Part shown: positions 1-8,254 of the stretch, in pieces
How the letters are laid out: each line of letters opens with the position of its first letter
How positions within the stretch are numbered: the stretch's first letter is position 1
Source: Paramoeba atlantica
Lineage: Eukaryota > Protista > Discosea
DNA: 20,355 nucleotides
Assembly: GCA_977017575.1 (NCBI GenBank)
Contig: CDRNVI010000125.1
Location: forward strand, 1-20,355
Reading direction: 5' to 3'
Position numbers and translations under genes: made by a program
The notes under the pieces: model-generated
What the model saw: the letters and a program-made list of their open reading frames with translations, nothing else
Databases searched by the model: none
Told to the model about the DNA's origin: nothing

Positions 1-193
1 AAACTGATAACTGCCCACTAAAACCGCCAGAGATGAATGCATAAAAATCATCATGTTCTCCCGGTTCCACATACACTTTTTCCGCAGCACTGGAAGAGAG
101 TGCTCCGTTCGTACTTTTGCCCTGTTGGTTACAACCTACAAAAAATAGGGTAGCAGCTGCCAGTGCAAACATTAAATAGTTTGATTTATTCAT
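1..193 (-). CDS. nosZ: Sec-dependent (clade II) nitrous oxide reductase, 5' part, runs off the window edge
   Basis: Not in the ORF track. Manual translation from ATG at 193 gives MNKSNYLMFALAAATLFFVGCNQQGKSTNGALSSSAAEKVYVEPGEHDDFYAFISGGFSGQLSV. This is a lipobox signal with no twin-Arg, followed by the VYVxPGEHDxFYAFxSGGFSGQ motif typical of the Bacteroidota NosZ N-terminus. Confidence 0.9.
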   Translation of the reverse strand, partial: MNKSNYLMFALAAATLFFVGCNQQGKSTNGALSSSAAEKVYVEPGEHDDFYAFISGGFSGQLSV

Positions 194-215
194 TGTTATT
201 GTTTTAAAAGTTATT

Positions 216-796
216 CTATTCTTTTGGCGGTAATATTACTTTGTCAACTACATGCACAATGCCATTACCTGCTTCCACACTAGCTATAATTTTTGCACCA
301 CCGATGTAAACATCATCCCCTTGTACCTCAACCTGCACATTTTGGTTATTGGCCTGCCCCAGTTTTTTGAATTTCTTCAGAAATTCTTTGGAGTATTTCC
401 CGGTGTTACATGGTATTGTAAAATGTTGGCCAGCGTTGCTTTGTTCTCTGGTTTGACCAGATTTTCCACGGTTCCTTCGGGTAAAGCATTAAAAGCCTCG
501 TTGGTAGGTGCAAAAACCATTAGAGGCCCTGCGTTGACCAAGGCATTCTCAAGTTCCGCCGCTTGTACCGCCGCAACTAGAGTGGTGTGATCTTTGGAAC
601 CTATAGCTATATCCAAAACATTGGGTGTGGCCTCATCGTCTTTGAGAAAAGCTTGCCCTTGTTTTTTTGTTTCTTGCTTTGATGCCACCTGTTGGGTGGA
701 AGAGTTCGATGAATTGGTTTCGTTTTTACAGCCTATCAATAAGCAGACTGCAAGGAACAAACCAGTAAAAAAATTAATGTTGGCTACTAACTTCAT
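216..796 (-). CDS. Fasciclin (FAS1) domain lipoprotein, apparent 1-nt deletion frameshift near 394
   Basis: The track ORF has a lipobox (LLIGC), the H1 motif LMVFAPTNEAF and ILQYHV. Adding one T (GGA AAT [T]AC) continues the frame as YSKEFLKKFKKLGQANNQNVQVEVQGDDVYIGGAKIIASVEAGNGIVHVVDKVILPPKE, stop 216-218, which supplies the missing H2 motif NGIVHVVDKVI. Confidence 0.88.
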
Positions 797-805
797 ACAT
801 ATTTG

Positions 806-1312
806 TTATAGGGTTCTAAAATATTCGAGCACGGCTCGGGCCTGATCCTCTGTCAGTCCCTGATTGGCCATGGGAGATCCATTAAATTCAATTAAAAGTT
901 CTTTGGCAAGAGCATCTTCTTTTACCATTCCTTCTGGATTCAATATCATGTTCATAACCCATTCCGGGGAGCGCCTTTCCAAAATTTCGTTGGGAGCGGG
1001 ACCTATAAATTTTTTCCCAACCCGATGGCATGCCAGACACATTTGGTTATATACTGCTTCCCCTTCGGCAACTAGGTCTTGATCTATGGTTTCATCCAAT
1101 TTTATGGATTTGATGGGGCCTACACCTTTGCTAGAAAGATCAATTCTTTCGGAAGGCTTGATGCTGTTGACCTCAACTTCTGGGGTAGGTTGTTCCGTGG
1201 CAGTTTTTTGTCTTTCGACTTGAAAGCCCTCTTTTTGCTTGTCTGCTTTTCCACCACAACCTATAAGTAGGGTTAGGAGAAAAAGTGCAGTACTTTTTAC
1301 AATAATTTTCAT
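806..1312 (-). CDS. c-type cytochrome lipoprotein of the nos cluster
   Basis: Single heme motif CLACH, IGP turn, distal PMANQ Met ligand, lipobox LLIGC. Co-oriented upstream of the fasciclin gene and nosZ. Confidence 0.9.
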   Translation of the reverse strand: MKIIVKSTALFLLTLLIGCGGKADKQKEGFQVERQKTATEQPTPEVEVNSIKPSERIDLSSKGVGPIKSIKLDETIDQDLVAEGEAVYNQMCLACHRVGKKFIGPAPNEILERRSPEWVMNMILNPEGMVKEDALAKELLIEFNGSPMANQGLTEDQARAVLEYFRTL

Positions 1313-1370
1313 CCGTTTTCAGTTGTTAGAATTCGAGACCAAAATTATTGTGTGTTCGTTAGGCAGAATA

Positions 1371-1382
1371 TGATAAAAATCA
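1371..1382. promoter_or_regulatory. FNR/Crp-like palindromic box TGAT-AAAA-ATCA
   Basis: Perfect TGAT-N4-ATCA in the divergent intergenic region between the cytochrome c/nos operon and the Rrf2 gene. Resembles the FNR consensus TTGAT-N4-ATCAA. Confidence 0.55.
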
Positions 1383-1437
1383 CATTTAGGATAAAAAAGT
1401 CTTTTTATTATTGCCTTTGTAATCATGATGAGGTAGC

Positions 1438-1869
1438 ATGCTTTCCAATTCAGCCAAATATGCTTTAAAAGCCGTCCTTTTTTTGGCTTTGCATACCAAT
1501 GAAAATCAAAAAATGATGGTCAAGGATATCTTTGACAGAATTAATGTGCCCCAATCTTATTTGGCCAAACTTTTGCAGGAGTTGTCAAGACGGGAAATTA
1601 TATCCTCTGCTAGAGGACCTAAGGGAGGCTTCTACGTGACCGATAAAAACAAAGAATTGCCCTTGATCAAAGTCATTAATGCCATTGACGGGGAAGGACG
1701 TCTACGATCCTGTATGCTTAGTATAAATGAATGTGATAGTGAAAATCCTTGCGCGTTGCATGATTTAGTTGGGAATGCCAATAGTTTTTTTATCAAAAAC
1801 ATGGAAGAGACCACTATTGATGACCTTGTTACCAATGTAAAGGAGGGAAGAGCCTCACTTCCTCTTTGA
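1438..1869 (+). CDS. Rrf2-family transcriptional regulator (IscR/NsrR-like, probably Fe-S binding)
   Basis: N-terminal wHTH (SYLAKLLQEL...GPKGGF) and three Cys in CMLSINECDSENPC. Confidence 0.92.
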   Translation: MLSNSAKYALKAVLFLALHTNENQKMMVKDIFDRINVPQSYLAKLLQELSRREIISSARGPKGGFYVTDKNKELPLIKVINAIDGEGRLRSCMLSINECDSENPCALHDLVGNANSFFIKNMEETTIDDLVTNVKEGRASLPL

Positions 1870-1899
1870 TAGTAGCAGAAAAAGGCTTTCTACAATGTA

Positions 1900-3087
1900 C
1901 TATTGTTCTGTACTGAATTTATAAATGCAAGAAGAGGTATAGGTTTCCGTTGGTTCCAAAATTGTACTTGGAAAGTTGGCCTGATTTGGAGAGTTGGGGT
2001 AGTGCTGGGTTTCAAGACAAAAAGCCCCTCGTTTTAGGTAAGGTTTTCCATTTTTCCCCATAACAGAGCCATCCAAGAAATTACCGCTATAGAATTGAAT
2101 ACCAGGTTCGCTGGTATACACTTCCAGCACTCGACCGGATAGAGGTTCTGTTACTCGAGCCGCAAATTTCAACCCTTCCCCATTTAAAGGAGCGGCATTC
2201 AACACAAAATTGTGATCGTAACCATCTGCTATTCTCAGTTGTTCAACATCCAATGCAATGTCTTTGCCAATCAACTTTTCAGTGGTAAAATCCATTGGAG
2301 TATTCGATACCGAAGCAATTTCACCGGTAGGAATAAGGTTTTCGTTGACAGGAGTATAATGGTTGGCGTTGATTTCAACAATATGATCATCAATGGTACC
2401 TTCTCCTTCTCCTTTTAAGTTGAAAAACGAATGGTGAGTTAGGTTAACAATGGTCTTTTTATCTGTTGTTGCTTTATAATAAATTTTTAGTTCGCCTTCG
2501 TCCGTTAGTTGATACAATACTTGCACCATCAGATTTCCGGGATAGCCTTCTTCTCCGTCCGGTGATAATCTGGAAAATTGGATTTCATTTTCTGTAGCAT
2601 GGTCAACCGTCCAAACTACATTGTCATATCCTTGGTTTCCACCATGTAAATGATTAGGGCCATTATTCTTGGCTAGTGGATAGTGTACACTGTCCAATGC
2701 AAATTTTCCACCCGCTATACGGTTCCCATATCTGCCAATGGTGGCCCCAAAATATGCAGTTCCAGGTTCGTTGTAAGCTTTCAAACTACTACGACCAAGA
2801 ACAACATCGGCGAACACTCTATTTTTATCAGGAACCGAAAGTGAAATTAAGCGTTGCCCAAAATTTGTAAAACTAGCTTGTAGTCCAAATTTGTTCCTTA
2901 AAATATATAGATGGATGGAATCCCCGTCAATAACTTGTTCAAAATTCTCAGGGTTGATTGGGCTGACCATGTTTGTGGGTTCGTGTTTGGGTGTGGTTTC
3001 GACGCCTAGTTTATCCCCTCTTTTTTTACACGAACATAACAGTATTATGCACAACAAAAGTATATGGGAATAAGTGCGAATCGACAT
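1900..3087 (-). CDS. galM: Aldose 1-epimerase (galactose mutarotase), lipoprotein signal
   Basis: Motifs GRYGNRIAGG, NHLHGG, NLTHHSFFNL and CLETQHYPNSPN; N-terminal LLCSC lipobox. Confidence 0.95.
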   Translation of the reverse strand: MSIRTYSHILLLCIILLCSCKKRGDKLGVETTPKHEPTNMVSPINPENFEQVIDGDSIHLYILRNKFGLQASFTNFGQRLISLSVPDKNRVFADVVLGRSSLKAYNEPGTAYFGATIGRYGNRIAGGKFALDSVHYPLAKNNGPNHLHGGNQGYDNVVWTVDHATENEIQFSRLSPDGEEGYPGNLMVQVLYQLTDEGELKIYYKATTDKKTIVNLTHHSFFNLKGEGEGTIDDHIVEINANHYTPVNENLIPTGEIASVSNTPMDFTTEKLIGKDIALDVEQLRIADGYDHNFVLNAAPLNGEGLKFAARVTEPLSGRVLEVYTSEPGIQFYSGNFLDGSVMGKNGKPYLKRGAFCLETQHYPNSPNQANFPSTILEPTETYTSSCIYKFSTEQ

Positions 3088-3243
3088 TTATAGGTTGCTA
3101 AACAAGGGACTAAAAGTAATTAAAAACTCCAAAAAACTTAGGAGGCCAATTTAATTAAGACCAATTTAATTGTTAGATATGCAACTGTTCGGTGAGTTCT
3201 GTAACCTGTTTAACGACGGTTTCCTTGGATAATTTAAGAACAT

Positions 3244-3268
3244 AAAAATCCCGGCATGTGCCGGGATT
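3244..3268 (-). terminator. Intrinsic terminator downstream of tRNA-Lys
   Basis: 10-bp inverted repeat aatcccggca-tg-tgccgggatt (3247-3268), followed by a T run on the minus strand. Confidence 0.8.
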
Positions 3269-3281
3269 CCATTTTTATTTG

Positions 3282-3354
3282 TGACCTGACTGGGGCTCGA
3301 ACCCAGGACCCTCTCCTTAAAAGGGAGATGCTCTACCAACTGAGCTATCAGGTC
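3282..3354 (-). tRNA. Bacterial tRNA-Lys(UUU)
   Basis: Fully paired GACCTGA/TCAGGTC acceptor stem, TAGCTCAGTTGGTAGAGC D arm, CT-TTT-AA anticodon loop, GTTCGAG T loop. Confidence 0.97.
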
Positions 3355-3394
3355 TTGCTTATATTGAGCATTAAAATATTGCTCTAAGCGGGTG

Positions 3395-3402
3395 CAAATA
3401 TA
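3395..3402 (-). promoter_or_regulatory. Bacteroidota sigma-A -7 element for tRNA-Lys
   Basis: TATATTTG on the minus strand matches the TAnnTTTG consensus, about 40 nt upstream of the tRNA. Confidence 0.65.
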
Positions 3403-3437
3403 ATATCATTAATCTATTTTACAAGATGATTTAATGA

Positions 3438-3445
3438 TAAATTTG
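3438..3445 (+). promoter_or_regulatory. Bacteroidota sigma-A -7 element for aroK
   Basis: TAAATTTG matches TAnnTTTG, about 32 nt upstream of the aroK ATG. Confidence 0.55.
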
Positions 3446-3477
3446 TGTTTTTTTCAAATCGATTTTATTTCACATAA

Positions 3478-3993
3478 ATGAAAGTAGTTCTAGTAGGTTA
3501 TATGGCAAGTGGAAAGTCCTCTGTTGGGAAACTGTTGGCCAAGGATTTAGGATTGGAATTCATTGATTTGGATACCTATATTGAAGCGCAACAACAAAAA
3601 TCCATAAAGGAGATTTTTTCGGAAAAGGGAGAGATATTCTTTAGGAAATTGGAACACCAAATGTTGTCGGATGTCCTGACCCAAAAAAAATCCATCCTAC
3701 TCTCTACTGGCGGTGGTACGCCCTGTTATGGAACCAATATGGAAACCATTCTTCAAAACTCAGATCACTCCATCTATTTGCAACTACCCGTTTCGGCTTT
3801 GGTGGAACGTATTGAAAAAGAAAAGGACCAACGTCCTTTGGTGCGCGAACTTGGCATTGATGAACTTCCAGAATTTGTTGGCAAACACCTGTTTGAAAGA
3901 AGATCCTATTATTCACAAGCCAAACATGTGTTGGATTGCAATGGTAAATCAATTCAAGAAGTGTTGGACGAAATAAAGACCACTTTACTCTAA
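3478..3993 (+). CDS. aroK: Shikimate kinase
   Basis: P-loop GYMASGKS, DLD, GEIFFR, STGGG, RPL motifs. Confidence 0.96.
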   Translation: MKVVLVGYMASGKSSVGKLLAKDLGLEFIDLDTYIEAQQQKSIKEIFSEKGEIFFRKLEHQMLSDVLTQKKSILLSTGGGTPCYGTNMETILQNSDHSIYLQLPVSALVERIEKEKDQRPLVRELGIDELPEFVGKHLFERRSYYSQAKHVLDCNGKSIQEVLDEIKTTLL

Positions 3994-4481
3994 ATAGACT
4001 GCATCATTTTTGGATTGAAACTCCACTCGAATATGCTCATTTAAGGAAGTAGACAGGGAAATACCTTTGTAATCGGCCTTAATAGGATATTTTTTGTGAT
4101 TTCTATTGACCAGTACCGCAGTTTTCAATTGCTTGATAGGAGTTTTTAAAAAATGATGTACTCCATAGATTAATGTAGTCCCGGAGTTAAGCACATCATC
4201 CACTAACACAATGGATTTGTTTTGGTAGGCATCCTCGGTAATGGATGTACTTACCCCGCTTGCCAAGGGATTTTTTTTATCCATCTTCAAATGGCAGAGC
4301 ACAATCTCGGCATCTGTGATTCTTTTAAGGACTGTGGCTATTTTTTTTGCAAAGTTAAGTCACCCCCTTCAATGCCGGCAACAACAATTTCCTTCTCGTC
4401 CACATTGGCCTCATAAATCTGATAAGCAATACGCTTTACGGTATGTTTTATTTGGTCGTGGGTAAGTATGCGGTTTAACAT
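3985..4481 (-). CDS. Type I phosphoribosyltransferase (PyrR-like), apparent 1-nt deletion frameshift near 4361
   Basis: ATG at 4481 gives MLNRILTHDQIKHTVKRIAYQIYEANVDEKEIVVAGIEGG. Adding one G joins it via GLNFAKKIATVLKRITDAEIVLCHL to track ORF 3985..4302, which has the PRPP-binding VLVDDVLNSGTT. The repaired length is 165 aa. Confidence 0.88.
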
Positions 4482-4518
4482 AAATCCTTTTTAAGGTAAC
4501 CAAAGATAAAAAAACAGA

Positions 4519-4892
4519 TTATTCAGATTCGTCTATATAGCCGTCAATATCCCTTCTATCCTTTTTAGTAGGTCTTCCCAACCCCCTTTTTTCTATAATG
4601 GTCCTTAGCCAATTTTAGTAGCTCGTTGTTCTGGAAAGCTTCCTTTGGAGTGTTATCCTTTCTATAAATATCCACCAATTTGGCACCAACACGACTTTCT
4701 GGAATATCCAATACGGTAAGTTGATAATCTATCTGGTTTTTTCTTAGCTGAATGGTATCCATCTGATAGACCTCTCTAGAAGCCTTTACCCACGCTACCG
4801 TTGATTCGCACTTGCCCTTTTTTAACAGCTTGGGCAGCAACGTTTCTTGTTTTGTAGTATCTAATACACCAAAGATATTTGTCAATGCGCAT
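4519..4892 (-). CDS. hslR: RNA-binding S4 domain protein (Hsp15 family), two apparent 1-nt G insertions near 4790 and 4578
   Basis: ATG at 4892 gives MRIDKYLWCIRYYKTRNVAAQAVKKGQVRINGSV, the classic Hsp15 start. It then shifts into the track frame KASREVYQMDTIQLRK..., and after a second shift ends GRPTKKDRRDIDGYIDESE, stop 4519-4521. The repaired length is 123 aa. Confidence 0.85.
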
Positions 4893-4969
4893 AACTCTGC
4901 AAATCTTTGTTAATGCAATGAACAAAAATAGTGGAAAATTGTATCTTGCGCAGCTAAATAATGTACTTG

Positions 4970-5191
4970 ATGAAGCACGGGATTTTTGTTTTTTTGTTTA
5001 CAGCAGTATTATTTTCTTCCTGTAGCAATGATGATGGTGGGCCAAATGTTGACACGGTACCTCCAAGATTGTTGGCTGAGGTATCCCCAGAAAATGATGA
5101 GGAGATCAGGGAGTTTTTGCAGACCCACTTTTATAACTACGAAGAATTCATGTCTCCACCTGCCGATTTTGATTTTAGAATCAAGATTGAT
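4970..5191 (+). CDS. Lipoprotein, probably FKBP-type peptidyl-prolyl isomerase, truncated at the junction
   Basis: MKHGIFVFLFTAVLFSSC lipobox, then PPRLLAEVSPENDEEIREFLQTHFYNYEEFMSPPADFDFRIKID, which I recall as the N-terminus of flavobacterial FKBP lipoproteins. The residues after 5191 are antisense mitochondrial read-through. Confidence 0.65.
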
Positions 5192-5202
5192 GTTTTCATC
5201 AC

Positions 5203-5517
5203 TTATATTATTTTTTTTCTCGATGATCTATTATTAGTCTTTGATCGTTGATTATACATAGGTAACCCTCTAATACGTTTATAACCAAAATAAGAACCAT
5301 TAACTATTTTTTTCATAATATTATTATATCTAATATGTTTAATTTGTTCCTTCCTTTTAAAAAAATATAACAAATTTTTTTCTAACTGTTTTAATAAACC
5401 TTTATTATTAATATTTTTATAAGATTTATTATATAATAAACCAAATTTAAATAATATTATAGATAATAAAGATAAACCAATATTATAATTATTAATTATA
5501 TAACGTTTTATATTCAT
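5203..5517 (-). CDS. rps13: Mitochondrial ribosomal protein S13
   Basis: C-terminal GSYFGYKRIRGLPMYNQRSKTN matches the uS13 motif G(S)YRGxRHxxGLPVRGQRTxTN; ends the r-protein cluster. Confidence 0.9.
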   Translation of the reverse strand: MNIKRYIINNYNIGLSLLSIILFKFGLLYNKSYKNINNKGLLKQLEKNLLYFFKRKEQIKHIRYNNIMKKIVNGSYFGYKRIRGLPMYNQRSKTNNRSSRKKII

Positions 5518-5522
5518 ATTTT

Positions 5523-5711
5523 TTATTGTTTATTTATAATACCCATTTCATATAAATAATTTTTAACTTGAAGTCAATTATTATCGAAAATTAATTTTAA
5601 ATTATAATTATGTATATAAATTAAATTATAATTATAATTTAATAATACCTTAAAACTTATTGCTGAATTAATAAGTTCCTTTTTTTCAATTTTTTTTAAT
5701 ATATAATTCAT
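5523..5711 (-). CDS. Unidentified orf62 between rpl6 and rps13 (weak uL18-like candidate)
   Basis: Open only with TGA=Trp: MNYILKKIEKKELINSAISFKVLLNYNYNLIYIHNYNLKLIFDNNWLQVKNYLYEMGIINKQ. It fills the spacer, overlaps the rpl6 end by 44 nt and stops 5 nt before the rps13 ATG. Confidence 0.3.
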
Positions 5712-6207
5712 TTTTTTCTTTTATTCCTTTCAATTTATATGCATTTAATTTTCTAAATTGTTTTATTTCCACAGATACTTTTTTTAACAAAAAATAAGAA
5801 TTACTAAATAAAAAAAGATTTCTTCTAGATCTAGATTTAACTAAAATACCTTTAGGTATATTATAATAAATCAAATGATTATAACCTATATTAAATCTTA
5901 ATTCATTATCTTTTCAAATAGTCATAGTAAAACCTAAACCTATAACATTTAAAATTAGGCAATAACCTCTTATCAAATCAATTAAATTTTTTTTTATATA
6001 TCTTTGAAATAAACTATAATATTTCTTTCTTTTAATAATTAATGTTTTATTATTTAATATAAATATATTTTTTTGATTAAATAAAGTTAAGATAGTTAAA
6101 TCTATATTTTTTTTATAATTACTTATTATATTTTCCATAAAAATATTATTATTATTATGTATAATATTTAATAAAGAACTTTTTCCTAAATATAATTTTT
6201 TTTTCAT
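5668..6207 (-). CDS. rpl6: Mitochondrial ribosomal protein L6
   Basis: Two track ORFs join through TGA (5914-5916) as Trp. Motifs GYCLILNVIGLGF, NIGYNH and RKLNAYKLKGI. 179 aa; the last few codons are uncertain. Confidence 0.88.
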
Positions 6208-6210
6208 TTA

Positions 6211-6603
6211 TTATAATATATTTTTATATAATAGATGTACTTTTAATAAGGCTTTACCACCACTTTTTATAATATAAGCTTCATCGTGTGTTAACAAACC
6301 TTTATTACTACTATAAAAACAAGGATTAAAATAAAATTTAGAAAAATTTTTATTAAAAGTTTTAAATTTTAAATATTGTTTATTACCTCCTGAAGATAAT
6401 TGTTCTAAAAAAATTAAAGGCTTATTATTATAATATTTTAATGTTATTTTTATTTGGTATTTATTACATATTATAAAACTATTTATCAAATTTAATTCGT
6501 ATAAACGTGATAATATAGGTAAATACTTTTTTTTTAATGGTATATATAAACTTTTTAAATTAGCTATATACCCATTATTAATTTGACTACAAAAAAAATT
6601 CAT
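6211..6603 (-). CDS. rps8: Mitochondrial ribosomal protein S8
   Basis: SQINNG, LSSGG, SSNKGLLTHDEA...GGK motifs; spc-operon position. Confidence 0.9.
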   Translation of the reverse strand: MNFFCSQINNGYIANLKSLYIPLKKKYLPILSRLYELNLINSFIICNKYQIKITLKYYNNKPLIFLEQLSSGGNKQYLKFKTFNKNFSKFYFNPCFYSSNKGLLTHDEAYIIKSGGKALLKVHLLYKNIL

Positions 6604-6606
6604 AAC

Positions 6607-6876
6607 TTATCAAGATATTTTTTTTAAACCATTAATTTGTTTCATATTAAGAGATTCTTTTATATTCATTCTAGATAAAGAAAAATCTCGAAAAACAGAT
6701 CTCTTTAAACCAGTTTCTATACAAAAATTCTTTCTTAAAATATTCTGTATAGGAAAATTCAAAAAAAATATTTTCTTTTTCCTATATATTTTTAAAATTT
6801 TTAATAATAATACTAATGTATTATTATTATTATATATTCTTTCATTTTTATAATTTTTTAAAAAATATTTTTTCAT
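6607..6876 (-). CDS. rps14: Mitochondrial ribosomal protein S14
   Basis: NFCIETGLKRSVFRDFSLSRM...GLKKISW. The terminal Trp is TGA followed by TAA, matching the conserved uS14 ending KxSW. Confidence 0.92.
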
Positions 6877-7405
6877 GTAATTTATTATTATTATTATTAA
6901 AATTTATAATAAAATTTAATTTAAAAATTAAATTATTTACCAATATATCTTCATCACTATTTAATCCTAATAAAAAATTAAAATTTTTTAATTCTATTAT
7001 ATATTTATTTTCTTTTCTATAAATTAAACTACTTTCATTATTTTTATCTAATAAATTAAAAATAATATTATATAAATAATTTAAATTAGAATAAATATTA
7101 TTTTTTCTTAAACTTAATCCTAAAACTATATAATAAGATAAATTATTACGTCTTGATCTAACAGAAAAATTACGTAATGTCTCTTTTTGTATTTTTATAA
7201 TAGAAACTCTTTGATTAAATAATTTTTTAAATAATTTATTTAAAATAAGATACCTTCTAACTATATTACCATCTGAAGAATATAATTTAACTTTTACATC
7301 AACTTTATCAATTTTTGATAATTGATTAAAACTCATTATATTCAATTTACTAATGTTATCCTTTTGTATTATATTTAAATTACTTTTGAAATCTATACTT
7401 TTCAT
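6848..7405 (-). CDS. rpl5: Mitochondrial ribosomal protein L5 (divergent)
   Basis: Lies between rpl14 and rps14; SKIDKVDV and LSLRKNNIYSNL resemble uL5 segments; 185 aa. Confidence 0.75.
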   Translation of the reverse strand: MKSIDFKSNLNIIQKDNISKLNIMSFNQLSKIDKVDVKVKLYSSDGNIVRRYLILNKLFKKLFNQRVSIIKIQKETLRNFSVRSRRNNLSYYIVLGLSLRKNNIYSNLNYLYNIIFNLLDKNNESSLIYRKENKYIIELKNFNFLLGLNSDEDILVNNLIFKLNFIINFNNNNNKLHEKIFFKKL

Positions 7406-7409
7406 ATTT

Positions 7410-7766
7410 TTATATTATACTTTGCATCAATAAGAAAACTTTACGGTTTATAAATCTTAAAAATTTTAAACTAATACCAAATAATTTTGTACCTAAAGGT
7501 AATTTTTTTTTATTTATCAAAACAACAGCATTATCACTAAATTTATAATAATTTATATTTTTTTTTAAATTATATTTAGTTCTAATAATTAAAGCCTTAT
7601 ATAATTCTCCTTTTTTTATTCTTTTTTTAGGATTATTTGTTTTAACAGTTATTAATATTTCATCACCAATAGATCCATATTTTTTTCTTTTATAAATTCT
7701 TATACATTTTACAATACGTGCACCAGAATTATCACTACAATTTAAATAACTACCTACTAAAATCAT
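7410..7766 (-). CDS. rpl14: Mitochondrial ribosomal protein L14
   Basis: LNCSDNSGARIVKCI, GDEILITVK, FSDNAVVL, PLGTKLFG. Confidence 0.95.
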   Translation of the reverse strand: MILVGSYLNCSDNSGARIVKCIRIYKRKKYGSIGDEILITVKTNNPKKRIKKGELYKALIIRTKYNLKKNINYYKFSDNAVVLINKKKLPLGTKLFGISLKFLRFINRKVFLLMQSII

Positions 7767-8206
7767 TTTTCTTTATTATAAACTAATTTAAATTTAATAT
7801 TTGATTTTAATGAGGCTAATTTAACAATTCCTTTAATATATTCTAATAATTTTTTTTTATCATTATCATTTAATATAAATAATTTATTAGAAAAACCAAA
7901 TTCAATAAATATTTGACCTTTTGATATATTAAAATAATATTCATTTAATGCACCCTTACCTTTACCCATTCTAACACCTATAGGTTTTGATGTATTTTTA
8001 AAACTTGGATGAAAACGTATAAATAATTTAGTAAAAAATTTTAATCTTTTTTTTAAAAAAAATAATAAAGCCTTAAATTCATTATTATATAGTATACCAC
8101 CTTCTAAAAAATATATAGCAAATTGACCATTATATATTTTTTCTATCGAATTTTTAGTATTAGAATAATTTAATATTAAATGTTTTTTGACAAAAATTTT
8201 TTTCAT
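7757..8206 (-). CDS. rpl16: Mitochondrial ribosomal protein L16
   Basis: TSKPIGVRMGKGKG motif. With TGA=Trp the frame extends two codons (WF) to TAG at 7757-7759. Confidence 0.93.
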
Positions 8207-8254
8207 TTCTATTTATTTCTTAATAAATCAACTTTTTTTCTCTTTTCTTTCTTT

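Noticed and set aside
252-1270. Plus-strand ORFs 252..590, 594..845, 864..1082 and 1079..1270
   Set aside because: Antisense shadows of the fasciclin and cytochrome c genes with no recognisable motifs.
1632-4465. Short ORFs overlapping Rrf2, galM, aroK and the PRTase, such as 1632..1835, 2212..2418, 2676..2870, 2891..3073, 3704..3952, 3713..3976, 4222..4416 and 4241..4465
   Set aside because: They lie in alternate frames or antisense to well-supported genes and show no independent evidence.
4961-5251. Track ORF as a novel protein with a hydrophobic C-tail
   Set aside because: The tail after 5191 is antisense read-through into rps13 across the junction.
6816-7022. Plus-strand low-complexity ORF
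   Set aside because: Antisense to rpl5/rps14 and explained by AT bias.
7763-7766. ATGA overlap suggesting TGA acts as a stop for rpl16
   Set aside because: A TAG follows two codons later, and TGA is clearly Trp elsewhere, so no dual meaning is needed.
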